A stretch of DNA of 64,000 bases, taken from contig JAIOOX010000004.1 in assembly GCA_021414225.1 (NCBI GenBank), forward strand, positions 66,206-130,205, read 5' to 3'. Numbering within the stretch: the stretch's first letter is position 1; each line of letters starts with the position of its first letter. A program made the translations under genes and the position numbers. Positions 8,436 to 18,700 of this stretch are shown here, piece after piece. This stretch comes from Candidatus Vogelbacteria bacterium. GTDB taxonomy: Bacteria; Patescibacteriota; Minisyncoccia; Phycocordibacterales; XYD1-FULL-46-19. A model generated the notes under the pieces. That model saw nothing but the letters and a program-made list of their open reading frames with translations, was not told where the DNA came from and did no database searches.

Positions 8436-9223
8436 TATTTTGTTTGAGTTTTAGCTACCACTTCACTGAGTCGTAAAATTTCACCAAAGTTTTTGGGATC
8501 AAGACAAGCCCTACCAACTAGCAAGCCGTCAGCTTTGCCAACACCCAAGAAACCCTCAGCATTTTTCGGACTAACTGAACCACCATATAAAACTTGAATA
8601 GTGTGAGCGGCTTCTTTACCAGCCAAACCACTAATCACTTTACGAATAAATAAGGCGTTGTGTAAAAAATTATCAGGTGTATCCACTCCAGTCGCATCTT
8701 TACCTATCGCCCAAACTGGTTCGTAGGCAATGACAATATCGGCAAATTGCGTTTTCTTTAATCCAGCCAAGCTAAGTTCCAATTGATTTTTTAAAATATT
8801 TAAATAGTCTCCATGAGTATCACGAACCTTTTCACCAATACACAAGATAACTGACAAACCAGCACTCAAAGCATTTTTAACTTTCACATTGATTTTCTCA
8901 TCCGTGTCACCACTCGCCCGCTTTTCGGAATGGCCGACAATCGTGTATTCGGCGCCGGTGTATTTGATCTGACCAGCGGATAGCGAACCAGTGAAAGCGC
9001 CAACTCCTTTTTCCATTGATATATCTTGAACTCCTAAGTGAAAATTTTTACTGGAACGATGATTCAAAAAGCCCAAGAAGACCGCTGGCGGACAGATTAC
9101 CGTCTCAGTATTAACCAGCTTTAGGGTTAATTTTTTAGTTTTTTGATACAAATCCTTCGCTTCCCGAGGAGTCTCAGGGTTCATCTTCCAATTCGCCACA
9201 ATTAGTTTTTTTGCCTTAGCCAT
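8435..9223 (-). CDS. tpiA: Triosephosphate isomerase
   Basis: ANWKMN, VGHSE, AYEPVWAIG, YGGSV; start at ATG 9223. Confidence 0.96.
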   Translation of the reverse strand: MAKAKKLIVANWKMNPETPREAKDLYQKTKKLTLKLVNTETVICPPAVFLGFLNHRSSKNFHLGVQDISMEKGVGAFTGSLSAGQIKYTGAEYTIVGHSEKRASGDTDEKINVKVKNALSAGLSVILCIGEKVRDTHGDYLNILKNQLELSLAGLKKTQFADIVIAYEPVWAIGKDATGVDTPDNFLHNALFIRKVISGLAGKEAAHTIQVLYGGSVSPKNAEGFLGVGKADGLLVGRACLDPKNFGEILRLSEVVAKTQTK

Positions 9224-9386
9224 GTGGGTATTGTAGCACAACAGACCAATGGTCAAAACTGAGATTTTCAGAGACGAGCGAAACTAGTTCTGTAATAAAC
9301 CCTTGCGTAACTGTCGGCTAGCCGGTTTTTGCCTCTAGTATTTAGACTGGTACTCCAGTAAGGCAAAATAGCCGACGTGGAGCAGA

Positions 9387-9414
9387 AGAAAACCACCCGC
9401 TGGGGTGGTTTTCT
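9387..9414. terminator. Intrinsic terminator after the pilus operon
   Basis: agaaaaccaccc...gggtggttttct hairpin. Confidence 0.7.
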
Positions 9415-9444
9415 GTGGTTTGGAGCAGAAGCTAGTTGAGTGGT

Positions 9445-11178
9445 TTATTCAACCTCTTTCCACCCTGTAATATTCCACCCACCTGACGGACCACTAACAA
9501 AATTTTGATTGGCTAAACCAGAATCATAAACAATACTGGCATTATTAGAGAGAACAATTCGATTAGCTGTTGCTTCTTTGGCCCCAGAGTTATTAGAAAA
9601 AGTAATAGTGCCATTTTGCGCATTAAGAATCACCGTCCCAGCGTTGTTAGACACTGTAATAGCACTATCACTTGGGCTAGTGGTTAAGAGCATGATATAG
9701 CTCCCAGTCTGTCCAGAACCAGCAAAAGTGGCATTATTAGAAATCGAAATCGTGCCATCAACCACTATCACACCACTACCCGCACCATAACCAGATCCCA
9801 GACGAACACTGGTGTTATTAGAAACAGTAAAATTACCAGTCACCCACAATGTACCGTTAACCACCAAGGTTTTATTGTTAGACAAAGATAGATCACCCAC
9901 AATCTTCCTAGAACCAAGATTAGTTGTCGATGTGGTAGCCGTAAAATTACCATTCCATACTCCTCCCGCCTGAGCTCCCGCCTTCCAAGCCTCAATATTA
10001 GCTTCGGATACGGGCCAGTTTTGGGCCACCGGATCAGCTTGTGAAGTGTTGCAAGCTTTATTATTACCAGAGCCAGTCTGACAATAAAGACTGCCAGCAA
10101 TAGTAGAGTTGGTGACCGTATGAGCTTGGGCATTCCCCACTCCACTTTGGCCAACAGTAACCCCTGTAATAGTGGAGTATAAACCGCCTAGATATAATTT
10201 AAAGTAACCGTCTAGAGTGGCTGGACTAGTGGCTGACCAGGTACCACCATTTTGACCAATCTTAGATTGACCACCACTATAACCGTCATCATTAGCCCCA
10301 ATAACATAATAAGCTGAGCTACTCTGAGTAGCATTATCAACCACCAACCAATAAGTGGTTCCGGGTACTAAGATCGGATTGGAGTTGAAGGTGGTGGTAA
10401 TCCAGCCGTAATTAGTAGTCACCAAAGAAGAATTCAAAGTGCCTGTAGTAATAGAAGTAGATCCAGGTTTGCCAGCATTATCATTTCGAATATAAACGGT
10501 CGCACTAGCTGGGCTACCAACCTTTTTTAAATAAAGATCCACCTTGTTAACAGGTGAGGATGTGCTAACAATAAAACTTTGAGCGAAGTCTTGAGTCCCA
10601 GAAGTATTGCGGAAGTTGATACTGTTAGACGGACTAGTTGGAGTATCATTGCTTTGATCAGTCGAAAGAGCTGAGCTGTTAGCCGCAATTGCTGTTCCTC
10701 TAATATAGGAGCCGTTGGAACCGGTGATACTACTATTACTATAAACGTTACCGATTACCCCAGAGTTGTTAGACAAAACAAAACCACCCTGACCAACTTG
10801 CACCCCGTAATTGAAAGCAATTCCTGTACCTGTCACAGCTTGAGCTTGAATTTTACGAATATAATTAGTGATATTTCCTAAAGCGGTGATGGTTTTACTA
10901 TTACCAGAGTCGGTCACCGCGGTATTGGTTTGGTTACCATCTAAAGACAGGACTTCGTTACTAGACACAGTTAGGCCATTCTTCAGTCGATACAAAACAT
11001 CTTCTACTCCTGATTCAGCCAAATGAAAACTAGAGAGACTTGAGTTGATCGAAGTGGCATCTTTGGAACTTCTGACACCTGGATTGACAGAGCCAGTCAT
11101 CAATAACATTCCCGCCAACAAAACAAAGAGTACCGAACCAATCATCGCTTGACCTGCTTGGTCTTTGTTGTTTTTCAT
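9445..11178 (-). CDS. PilX-like minor pilin with large Asn/Ser/Gly-rich beta-strand domains
   Basis: Prepilin-like AG|QAMI start, LAESGVED PilX-type motif, repeated xSNN turns; last gene of the pil cluster. Confidence 0.7.
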   Translation of the reverse strand: MKNNKDQAGQAMIGSVLFVLLAGMLLMTGSVNPGVRSSKDATSINSSLSSFHLAESGVEDVLYRLKNGLTVSSNEVLSLDGNQTNTAVTDSGNSKTITALGNITNYIRKIQAQAVTGTGIAFNYGVQVGQGGFVLSNNSGVIGNVYSNSSITGSNGSYIRGTAIAANSSALSTDQSNDTPTSPSNSINFRNTSGTQDFAQSFIVSTSSPVNKVDLYLKKVGSPASATVYIRNDNAGKPGSTSITTGTLNSSLVTTNYGWITTTFNSNPILVPGTTYWLVVDNATQSSSAYYVIGANDDGYSGGQSKIGQNGGTWSATSPATLDGYFKLYLGGLYSTITGVTVGQSGVGNAQAHTVTNSTIAGSLYCQTGSGNNKACNTSQADPVAQNWPVSEANIEAWKAGAQAGGVWNGNFTATTSTTNLGSRKIVGDLSLSNNKTLVVNGTLWVTGNFTVSNNTSVRLGSGYGAGSGVIVVDGTISISNNATFAGSGQTGSYIMLLTTSPSDSAITVSNNAGTVILNAQNGTITFSNNSGAKEATANRIVLSNNASIVYDSGLANQNFVSGPSGGWNITGWKEVE

Positions 11179-11211
11179 ATTGTTTTTATTATAGCAAAAT
11201 TTTTTCTCAGA

Positions 11212-11727
11212 CTAATATCCTCCACGCACCACGGCGGTGTCAGAAAAAGTACCAGTTGAGGAGGCCCGACCGCCAGCAGTCACTGTTAGATCAAAATTAA
11301 TCCCCTCCGAACTAGCGGTTGAAAAACGAGTAGCCATAAATTTTGATATTTTAGTACTACTAGAGGTCAGGGCTTGAGCAGTGTTCACTCCAGTTTGGAC
11401 AAACAAGGTACTAGTCGCGACAAAAAACTTAACAGTCGTTGGGCTACCGCCACTATCGTTTGTATTAAGTTGCAAAGTACTGAGATTAGCCCCTAAAACA
11501 CTATTAGCCACATCAATAGAAGTAGCTTGCCTGGTTTCCAGGACCACTCTCATTAAAGTATTCTGCCCATCAGTCCCCGCCATGCGACGATTGTAAGCCA
11601 AAAGAAAAGCGTTGGTCGTAGACAGTAAAATTAAACTAACCACGAGCGAAACAATCACAAACAAAGCTAAATAAATTAAAGTTTCTAGTAGGGTAAAACC
11701 AGCCTGTTGATTAAGTTTATTGGCCAT
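11212..11727 (-). CDS. Type IV minor pilin (PilW-like)
   Basis: Class III signal AG|FTLLE. Confidence 0.85.
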   Translation of the reverse strand: MANKLNQQAGFTLLETLIYLALFVIVSLVVSLILLSTTNAFLLAYNRRMAGTDGQNTLMRVVLETRQATSIDVANSVLGANLSTLQLNTNDSGGSPTTVKFFVATSTLFVQTGVNTAQALTSSSTKISKFMATRFSTASSEGINFDLTVTAGGRASSTGTFSDTAVVRGGY

Positions 11728-11728
11728 C

Positions 11729-12232
11729 TTAATTAGCAAAAAGATTAGTTAAATAACCACTAGTCACCACTGTGGAAGTAGCCAAGCGGTAAGGCCAAGC
11801 CACCGTGACTGTAATCAATTTAGTGTTAGTGTCCAATGTTCCAGACGGAGCAATCCGACTATTAACATCACGATAAACTGGCGCTAAAGAAATAGTTCTA
11901 TAAAAGGGGCTATTGGTTTGAACGGTAGTGGTTGCCTGCCAAGCACCAGCATTAAAACGTAAATAATAATTTCTATTGGTAGTCAGCGGGGCCACGTTGG
12001 CAGTCCAACCACTATCACGTAAAACCCGAACCACCTCCAGACCCTGGTCAGCCAGTAAGCTAGCTTGTCGTTTTTTGAGCGTCTGACCTTCAAACACCAC
12101 CATAGTTTGAATAGTCATCACAATTCCGCCCAGAATCAAAGAAATAATTGCAATCGCAATCACCGCTTCTACTAAAGAAAAGCCAGCTGATTGATTGAGA
12201 TTAAGTCGATTACTTTTAAAAAAAAGAAGCAT
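11729..12232 (-). CDS. Type IV minor pilin (PilV-like)
   Basis: AG|FSLVE, C-terminal ITVTVAW. Confidence 0.85.
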   Translation of the reverse strand: MLLFFKSNRLNLNQSAGFSLVEAVIAIAIISLILGGIVMTIQTMVVFEGQTLKKRQASLLADQGLEVVRVLRDSGWTANVAPLTTNRNYYLRFNAGAWQATTTVQTNSPFYRTISLAPVYRDVNSRIAPSGTLDTNTKLITVTVAWPYRLATSTVVTSGYLTNLFAN

Positions 12233-12236
12233 GATT

Positions 12237-12695
12237 TTATAATTGACCAGCTACTCCACTGGCCGAGATTGTAACCGTTGCTACTTTGGTCATATCAGAT
12301 AACGACTTAATAGTAATATAACCAAACTGAGTCGTCTCGCCGGTTAGACGTTTAAAATAAACATTGGTCGCTCCGCCAACTAAATAGGGTTGAATTGTTA
12401 AATCACCAGACGAGGCAATGACTTGATTGTCACTAGCTGAAGAATTAAAGCTACTACCACTAAATAAAGTAATGGATGTGCTAGCAATATTGACCCCATA
12501 AGAGGTGTCATTATAGCCAGCGACCGTTTTGGTTCGAGCCTGACTAAGAGCGGAGATTACATTGGTCGCCATATCGCTAACCGCATGCCGGGAACGGTAA
12601 GCTGAGAGACTGACAAAAACAGTCACAGCCACTAAAGTTACAATCGTCATCGCGATTATTACTTCCAGCAACGAAAAACCTTTATTGTTAGTCAT
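12237..12695 (-). CDS. Type IV minor pilin (FimT/GspH-like)
   Basis: MTNNKG|FSLLE; LSQARTKT; start at ATG 12695. Confidence 0.85.
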   Translation of the reverse strand: MTNNKGFSLLEVIIAMTIVTLVAVTVFVSLSAYRSRHAVSDMATNVISALSQARTKTVAGYNDTSYGVNIASTSITLFSGSSFNSSASDNQVIASSGDLTIQPYLVGGATNVYFKRLTGETTQFGYITIKSLSDMTKVATVTISASGVAGQL

Positions 12696-12697
12696 TT

Positions 12698-13912
12698 TTA
12701 TAGTGCTTCGGTTAGTGAATACATTGGACCAATCATCGAAATAGCAAAGAAACCAACCGCACAACCAATCAAGACTAAAAGAACTGGCTCAACAATGGTT
12801 GAGAGATTCTTGGTCTTGTTATCGACTTCTCCTTCAAAAAAGATAGCCCCTCGTAATAACATAGCCGCCAACTCACCGGTCTCTTCCCCAACTTCCGCCA
12901 TCTCACCAACCAATGGCGGAAAGAGATCTTCACGCGCTTTAAAAACCTGAGAGACCAAAACGCCCTTCTCAATCGCTTCAATTGAACCTAGTAATAAATT
13001 TTGATATTCCGTATTGTTAACCACCGATGAAGTGATTTTTAAACTCTCAGTTAGACTGACCCCAGCTGAAATCAAAGCTGATAAATTTCTCATCACCAAG
13101 GCTGAATTTAATTCTTGAACCATCACACCGATCACTGGCAATTTCAAAGCCAGCCGACTAATCATTATTTTACTAACTTTTGTTTTTCGCCAAAAAGAAA
13201 AACCAACCACTGAGGCTAAAGTCACAACAATGACAATCAAGTAATAATTAACAAAAAAGTTACTCAGACCAATGATTGCTCTAGTGGACAACGGTAAGTC
13301 TAATTTTAATTCTTGAAAAGTAGCAGTCAAAGCCGGTACCACAAAGATCATCATCAAGATCCCAATCAAGATAATGACCACAATAATAATGGCCGGATAA
13401 ATCATCGCTCCGCGAATCTTGCGTTTCAATTCATAACTTTTGTCGAGCTGTTCGCCGATCAATTTGAGCGAACCAGGCAAAGTACCAGACTCCTCTCCCG
13501 CCGCGACCATGGCCGCAAAGACACTTGGAAAAACAGCTGGCTGTTCTAACAGGGCCATCGATAAGGACTTACCCGCGTTCACTTTGGCAATGATTTTGGC
13601 AATTGATTTTTTTAAAAATTTATTCCTAGTTTGTCGTTCAAACACAGATAAAGACCGAGCTAGGGCTAGTCCCGCCTCAAGCATAGCCGCTAGATTTTGG
13701 GCAAACATTATTTTTTCTCTTAAAGACACTCGCCCTATAGTTAAACCCCACCTCTGTAACAAACCAGACTCTGTTTGGTTAACTTCTGCTAATGAAGTAA
13801 CAATATAACCTTCGTTACGAAGAGCTAGAGCGAGAGCTTGCCGGTCAAAAGCCTCTCGAGTCCCTTCGATACTCTGACCAGTCAAGTTTTTGGCTTTAAA
13901 TTTAAATTCCAT
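12698..13912 (-). CDS. pilC: Type IV pilus inner-membrane platform protein PilC/GspF
   Basis: AGEESGTL, GAMIYP, VGEETGEL, VEP motifs. Confidence 0.93.
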   Translation of the reverse strand: MEFKFKAKNLTGQSIEGTREAFDRQALALALRNEGYIVTSLAEVNQTESGLLQRWGLTIGRVSLREKIMFAQNLAAMLEAGLALARSLSVFERQTRNKFLKKSIAKIIAKVNAGKSLSMALLEQPAVFPSVFAAMVAAGEESGTLPGSLKLIGEQLDKSYELKRKIRGAMIYPAIIIVVIILIGILMMIFVVPALTATFQELKLDLPLSTRAIIGLSNFFVNYYLIVIVVTLASVVGFSFWRKTKVSKIMISRLALKLPVIGVMVQELNSALVMRNLSALISAGVSLTESLKITSSVVNNTEYQNLLLGSIEAIEKGVLVSQVFKAREDLFPPLVGEMAEVGEETGELAAMLLRGAIFFEGEVDNKTKNLSTIVEPVLLVLIGCAVGFFAISMIGPMYSLTEAL

Positions 13913-13914
13913 AA

Positions 13915-15660
13915 TTACTCAGAGACCACTCGCAAAACTTCTTCTATGGTAGTTAGACCTTGAACTGATTTAAAAATCCCATCTTCAAGCATCGTCAACA
14001 TCCCCTCAGCCTTACCTCTAGTTTCAATCGCTTCCGCTGTTTTACCCTGCATCACCAGTTCCTTAATAGTTAAGGTCATTGGTAATATCTCATGAATACC
14101 AACCCGACCAGAATAACCATCTTCCGATTCTTCGGTCGCTTTTGGTTTATAAAATGGAATACTCGCCCACTCATCTTTTGGACCAACAATATTTTCTTGT
14201 CTAAGGGCTTCTAAAACTCTAGTTAGATCCACCTTTTTACCTAGCGAATCAATCTCGGCCGAGCTCAAGTTATATTTTTCCTTTGATTCACACAATCGAC
14301 GAACTAAACGCTGAGCAATAATGACATTGATAGTCGACACCACCAAAAAAGGCTCTGTCCCCATATCTAAGAGGCGTGGGATGGTGCCAGCAGCGGAGTT
14401 GGTGTGCAAGGTAGAGAGAACCAGGTGACCAGTCAATGACGCATTGATAGCTAAACTTGCTGTCTCGCCATCACGGATTTCCCCGACCATAATAATATCC
14501 GGGTCTTGGCGAACCAGAGAACGTAGGCCATTAGAAAAAGTTAGACCAATATCTGGCTTAACTTGAGTTTGATTAATACGAGCAATTTGGTATTCAATCG
14601 GGTCTTCAATGGTAGAAATATTAACATCGGGTGTATTTAACATCTGAAGCATGGTGTAGAGAGTGGTTGATTTACCAGAGCCGGTCGGTCCAGTCACCAA
14701 AATCATACCCGTACTAGCTCTCATTGCTTTATGGAGTCGCTCAAGACCCTCTCCATGAAACCCACTACCTTCTAGAGAAAAACCTTTAACCGAATCAGGT
14801 AACAGACGCATCACAATCTTCTCGCCAAAGTAAGTCGGTAAGGTAGAGACCCGGAGAGCAACATTTTGACCAGAGAGATCGGTTTTAAAACGCCCATCTT
14901 GTGGTAAGCGTTTTTCATCAAGGCGCAGATTGGCTAGCACTTTAACCCGAGCGGTTAGACCGGGAGCAGCCGACTTAGGCAAAATCATAGCGTCGTGCAG
15001 TAGACCATCAATACGGTAACGAATAACTAAATCTTTTTCGAATGGTTCAATATGAATATCAGAGGCTTTTTGTGACACCGCATGAGACAAAAGGGTGTCG
15101 ACAATACGAACCACTGGCAAATCTTCAGCGATTTTTTTTAATTCTTCTGGTGAAGTCGGACCTAGGTCGCTAGTCGAGGATAAACTACTAGCTTCCTTTT
15201 GAATCAGGTCCCCAAACTCAGCTTTTAAACTTTTCTGATACTGAAGTAAGCTATGTTTGATAGATTCAGAATCAGTTAAACGAGGTAAAACCTTAACCCC
15301 TACTCCCTTGCGAATGAAATCAATCGCCTGTAAATCGCCCGGATCTAGCATGGCCACTTCGAGACCTTGGTCGGACTTAGAGTAAGCAATAATATTGTGA
15401 CGGCGAGCAACTGGTTCGGGGATCAAAGTCAAAATAGTACGATCAATTTTATTTTTTTTCAAATCAACATACGGTATACCTAAAACATAAGCTTTAGCTT
15501 TTCGCCAATCGTCTTCGGAAATTTTACCATTACTAACCACTAGATCGGCGAACTTATTTTCATCCCCCCCTGCTTCAGTCCACAACAAATCAATATCAGC
15601 TTTACTGATCAAACGAGACTCGACTAAAAATTTTTTGAGTTCTAGCACGTCAGTGTGCAT
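13915..15660 (-). CDS. pilB: Type IV pilus assembly ATPase PilB/GspE
   Basis: ASDIHIEP, GPTGSGKSTT, TIEDPIE, RQDPDIIMVGEIRD, STLHTN. Confidence 0.95.
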   Translation of the reverse strand: MHTDVLELKKFLVESRLISKADIDLLWTEAGGDENKFADLVVSNGKISEDDWRKAKAYVLGIPYVDLKKNKIDRTILTLIPEPVARRHNIIAYSKSDQGLEVAMLDPGDLQAIDFIRKGVGVKVLPRLTDSESIKHSLLQYQKSLKAEFGDLIQKEASSLSSTSDLGPTSPEELKKIAEDLPVVRIVDTLLSHAVSQKASDIHIEPFEKDLVIRYRIDGLLHDAMILPKSAAPGLTARVKVLANLRLDEKRLPQDGRFKTDLSGQNVALRVSTLPTYFGEKIVMRLLPDSVKGFSLEGSGFHGEGLERLHKAMRASTGMILVTGPTGSGKSTTLYTMLQMLNTPDVNISTIEDPIEYQIARINQTQVKPDIGLTFSNGLRSLVRQDPDIIMVGEIRDGETASLAINASLTGHLVLSTLHTNSAAGTIPRLLDMGTEPFLVVSTINVIIAQRLVRRLCESKEKYNLSSAEIDSLGKKVDLTRVLEALRQENIVGPKDEWASIPFYKPKATEESEDGYSGRVGIHEILPMTLTIKELVMQGKTAEAIETRGKAEGMLTMLEDGIFKSVQGLTTIEEVLRVVSE

Positions 15661-15699
15661 AATTATTTTCCATTATATCAAACAACCGTCATTCCCCCC

Positions 15700-15733
15700 A
15701 ACAAAAAACTCCCTAATTGGGGAGTTTTTTGTT
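15700..15733. terminator. Intrinsic terminator
   Basis: aacaaaaaactccc...gggagttttttgtt. Confidence 0.75.
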
Positions 15734-15750
15734 TTTAAAATTAATTATTT

Positions 15751-18700
15751 TTATTTAGCACAAACCAGACTAGCACCATTAGGCTGTGAAGACGTACTGC
15801 CAAACAAACTACTAGTCCTTCTACAGCTTATTTTCCATGAGTTAGCACTATTCGGCCTACTTTCTCTCAAAGCGTTCATTGACCCAAAAGATGAGTCACA
15901 CCAAGCACCTCCACTAACTACTTTGTAAGTAGCCGGGCAAGTTAGAATATAGTTATCATTAGCATCACTTGAAGCAATAGAACCCGTACAACCTCCGCTT
16001 GCCACAAAATTTCCACTAGAATTTTTTGTCCATTCACAATAAATAGAAGCAATCTTAACATCATCCCAAATCGCCTGACCAGTACTATCTTTAGCTGTTA
16101 GAACTCGTCCCACTGCTGGAGCAGGATCTCCACCACTAGAGCCACTAGAGCCTTGCACTCTTAATCTATCAGTCAAGACGCCACCCATCACTCTTAATTT
16201 CTCATTAGTTGACTGTAAAGTAGCCAGCCCAGGAAGGTTAATACCTACTTTACCAGTCCCAGATTCCATAATTAAGTTAGATCCGCCTGCTACCCAAGAT
16301 GTGCCATTTGATTTCAAAATCTGGTTAGCGTTAGTCGAGTTAGCTACTGGTAAACCACTTAGTGTTTCGTTGGAAGGCGCCCAAGCTGAACCATTCCATT
16401 TTAAAACTTGTCCGTTACTAGGAACAGTAGCAACTACTGAGCGACCTTGTAGTTGGTTGGCGTTCCATAGGGCTTGAGTATTTTGAGTGCTTAAAGTATT
16501 TCCAGAAATAACCAAACCTGTACCAGCTGAATATAAAGGTATACTATTCCCCCCAGAAATCGCTAAGGTGTTGTTACTAAATGATAAAGTCTGCTTATCA
16601 TTATCAGTAACTGATGGAATAATAACTGATGCATTTTGCCAAGTAGCTAAACCATTAGCGTCAGATACTAGAATTTTATTAAGGCCCGGACTACCACCAC
16701 GAATACGAATCTGACCATTTACGTCTAGTTTAGTTGTAGCTTGACCCAAAATACCGAGTCCAAGATTACCAAACACAGCCTGGTTACCAACCACCAATGA
16801 AGCCCCCATTACTTGAAGATCGGCTCCAGCGGTCACAACTCCTCCATCGGCAATCTTAAGACTATCAGTTCCAACCCAAGCACCATTATCATAGCGCAGA
16901 GTTTGATCAGCTTGTCCGCCAGGTAAACCACTACCACCACCTATTTCAGCCAAAGTTTTCCAAACTGCTTTTCCAGTTGAATCGGTAGCTGTCAAAACTT
17001 TATTTAGACCTGGAGTGCCACCACGAACAGTGATTTCTCCACCAATATCTAGTTTTGTACCAGTTTGAGTTGGAACTCTTCCTATACCGACGTTACCGTT
17101 AACTCCCTCAATCATAAAAGCTTCGGTCGGCCATTGGGCTTGATTGGTTCCCATGTTTGCTTGACGATAAATACGAAAACCCTTATCCAATCCACCGCCT
17201 GTGTAGTTATCTAAGTTCCAAACAGGAGTTTGGGTTGGGTCTGGATTTGTTGATTCAGAAGAAGCTAGGAATAATCGCGCTCCATTACCACGAATCAAAG
17301 CTTGGCCTGTTACTTCTAGGTTAGCCCCTGAAAATCCAGACTCAGAACTAACAATTAGTTTACCGTCTACATTAGTGTCTCCATTTACGTCCAATTTAGT
17401 TTTTGGCGCATTAGTACCAATACCAACGGAACCGCCTGATTTGATTCTCATATATTCACTAAAACTACCGCCAGAACCGGCCACTCCATTCCAACCACTG
17501 AAAACCAAGTCGGCGGAACCATTAACGTTAGTCAAGATCGATTTAATCTGAGAATTACCAGCATTACCATTATAGGTGCTTGGCTCTAGACCAAAATTCA
17601 AAGCCGCTTCGTTATTAACTTGAGGATTTGCCCCATTAACAATAGAAATCTCACCTCCACGACCACCAGCAACATTCTTTAATACAGTAAATAATGAAGT
17701 TGGAGCATTGGTACCAACACCAACATTACCAGTACCATTATCAATCCTTAAGCGTTCGATACTGTTTGTTCCACTTCCCCTTCCGGATTTAAATACTATA
17801 TCTTTATCAGCATCAGCGTCTGAAATAACAACGGCTTGCGCAGGTCCATCATAAGCAAAGGAAGCTCTATTGTTTACAACAAATTCAGCCGATTCACCAA
17901 TCAGTGGAGAAGCACTTGAATTCAAATTTAAAGTATGTGAAGGATTTCCAGCTGTAATAACAACTTTACCAGAATTGGTATTAAACAAATCATTACCAAC
18001 CTTGGTCCAATTAGAATCACCACCAGAAATATTCAAAGTACTAGTTGCTTTCCAAGAAGCAAAACCGAGACTATTAGAAACAAGAACCTTTCCTTCACCT
18101 TGATTTCCGTCTCGTAGGATCAATTTACTTTGAGCATTTGAAGAATTGGTCTCATTTCCAATAGTAAGAATACCTGGAATATAAACCTCTCTGTTAGCCC
18201 CTCCACCATCTAGACTTAAAGCTGGGGTTGCATTGTTGTCTAAAGTGGTAGGCACTATCTTTATAGACGCAGTTTCTGTTTTCCCACCAATAACACCCAA
18301 GATATTAAAGACTCCATTTAGAAGGACGTTACTAGTTTGAGGACTAACATTCAAAACACTGTTCGGCTCCCACTTACTACCAGACCAGGCAAGAGTCTGA
18401 CCAGTACTAATACCATTTGAGACATTATTTAGAGAATCATCTACAAAGACACAGAAACCGTCCTCCCCACCAACACAAGGACGATATTGAGTACTATTAC
18501 GCATTTGAATGAGGCGTAAATTTTCAGATAAGCTTATTTTCCAATCCTGTGGTTCATAGTCAGCATCACTGGGGGTACAATTTGTACTACCAGAACCTGG
18601 GGCATAACCCGAACTAGTATTAGAGTCACAATGATAGGCGCCCGCATTATAAAAAGCTAAATAAGTATTGTACTCACCAGAACTAATCTTCCAATCTTTA

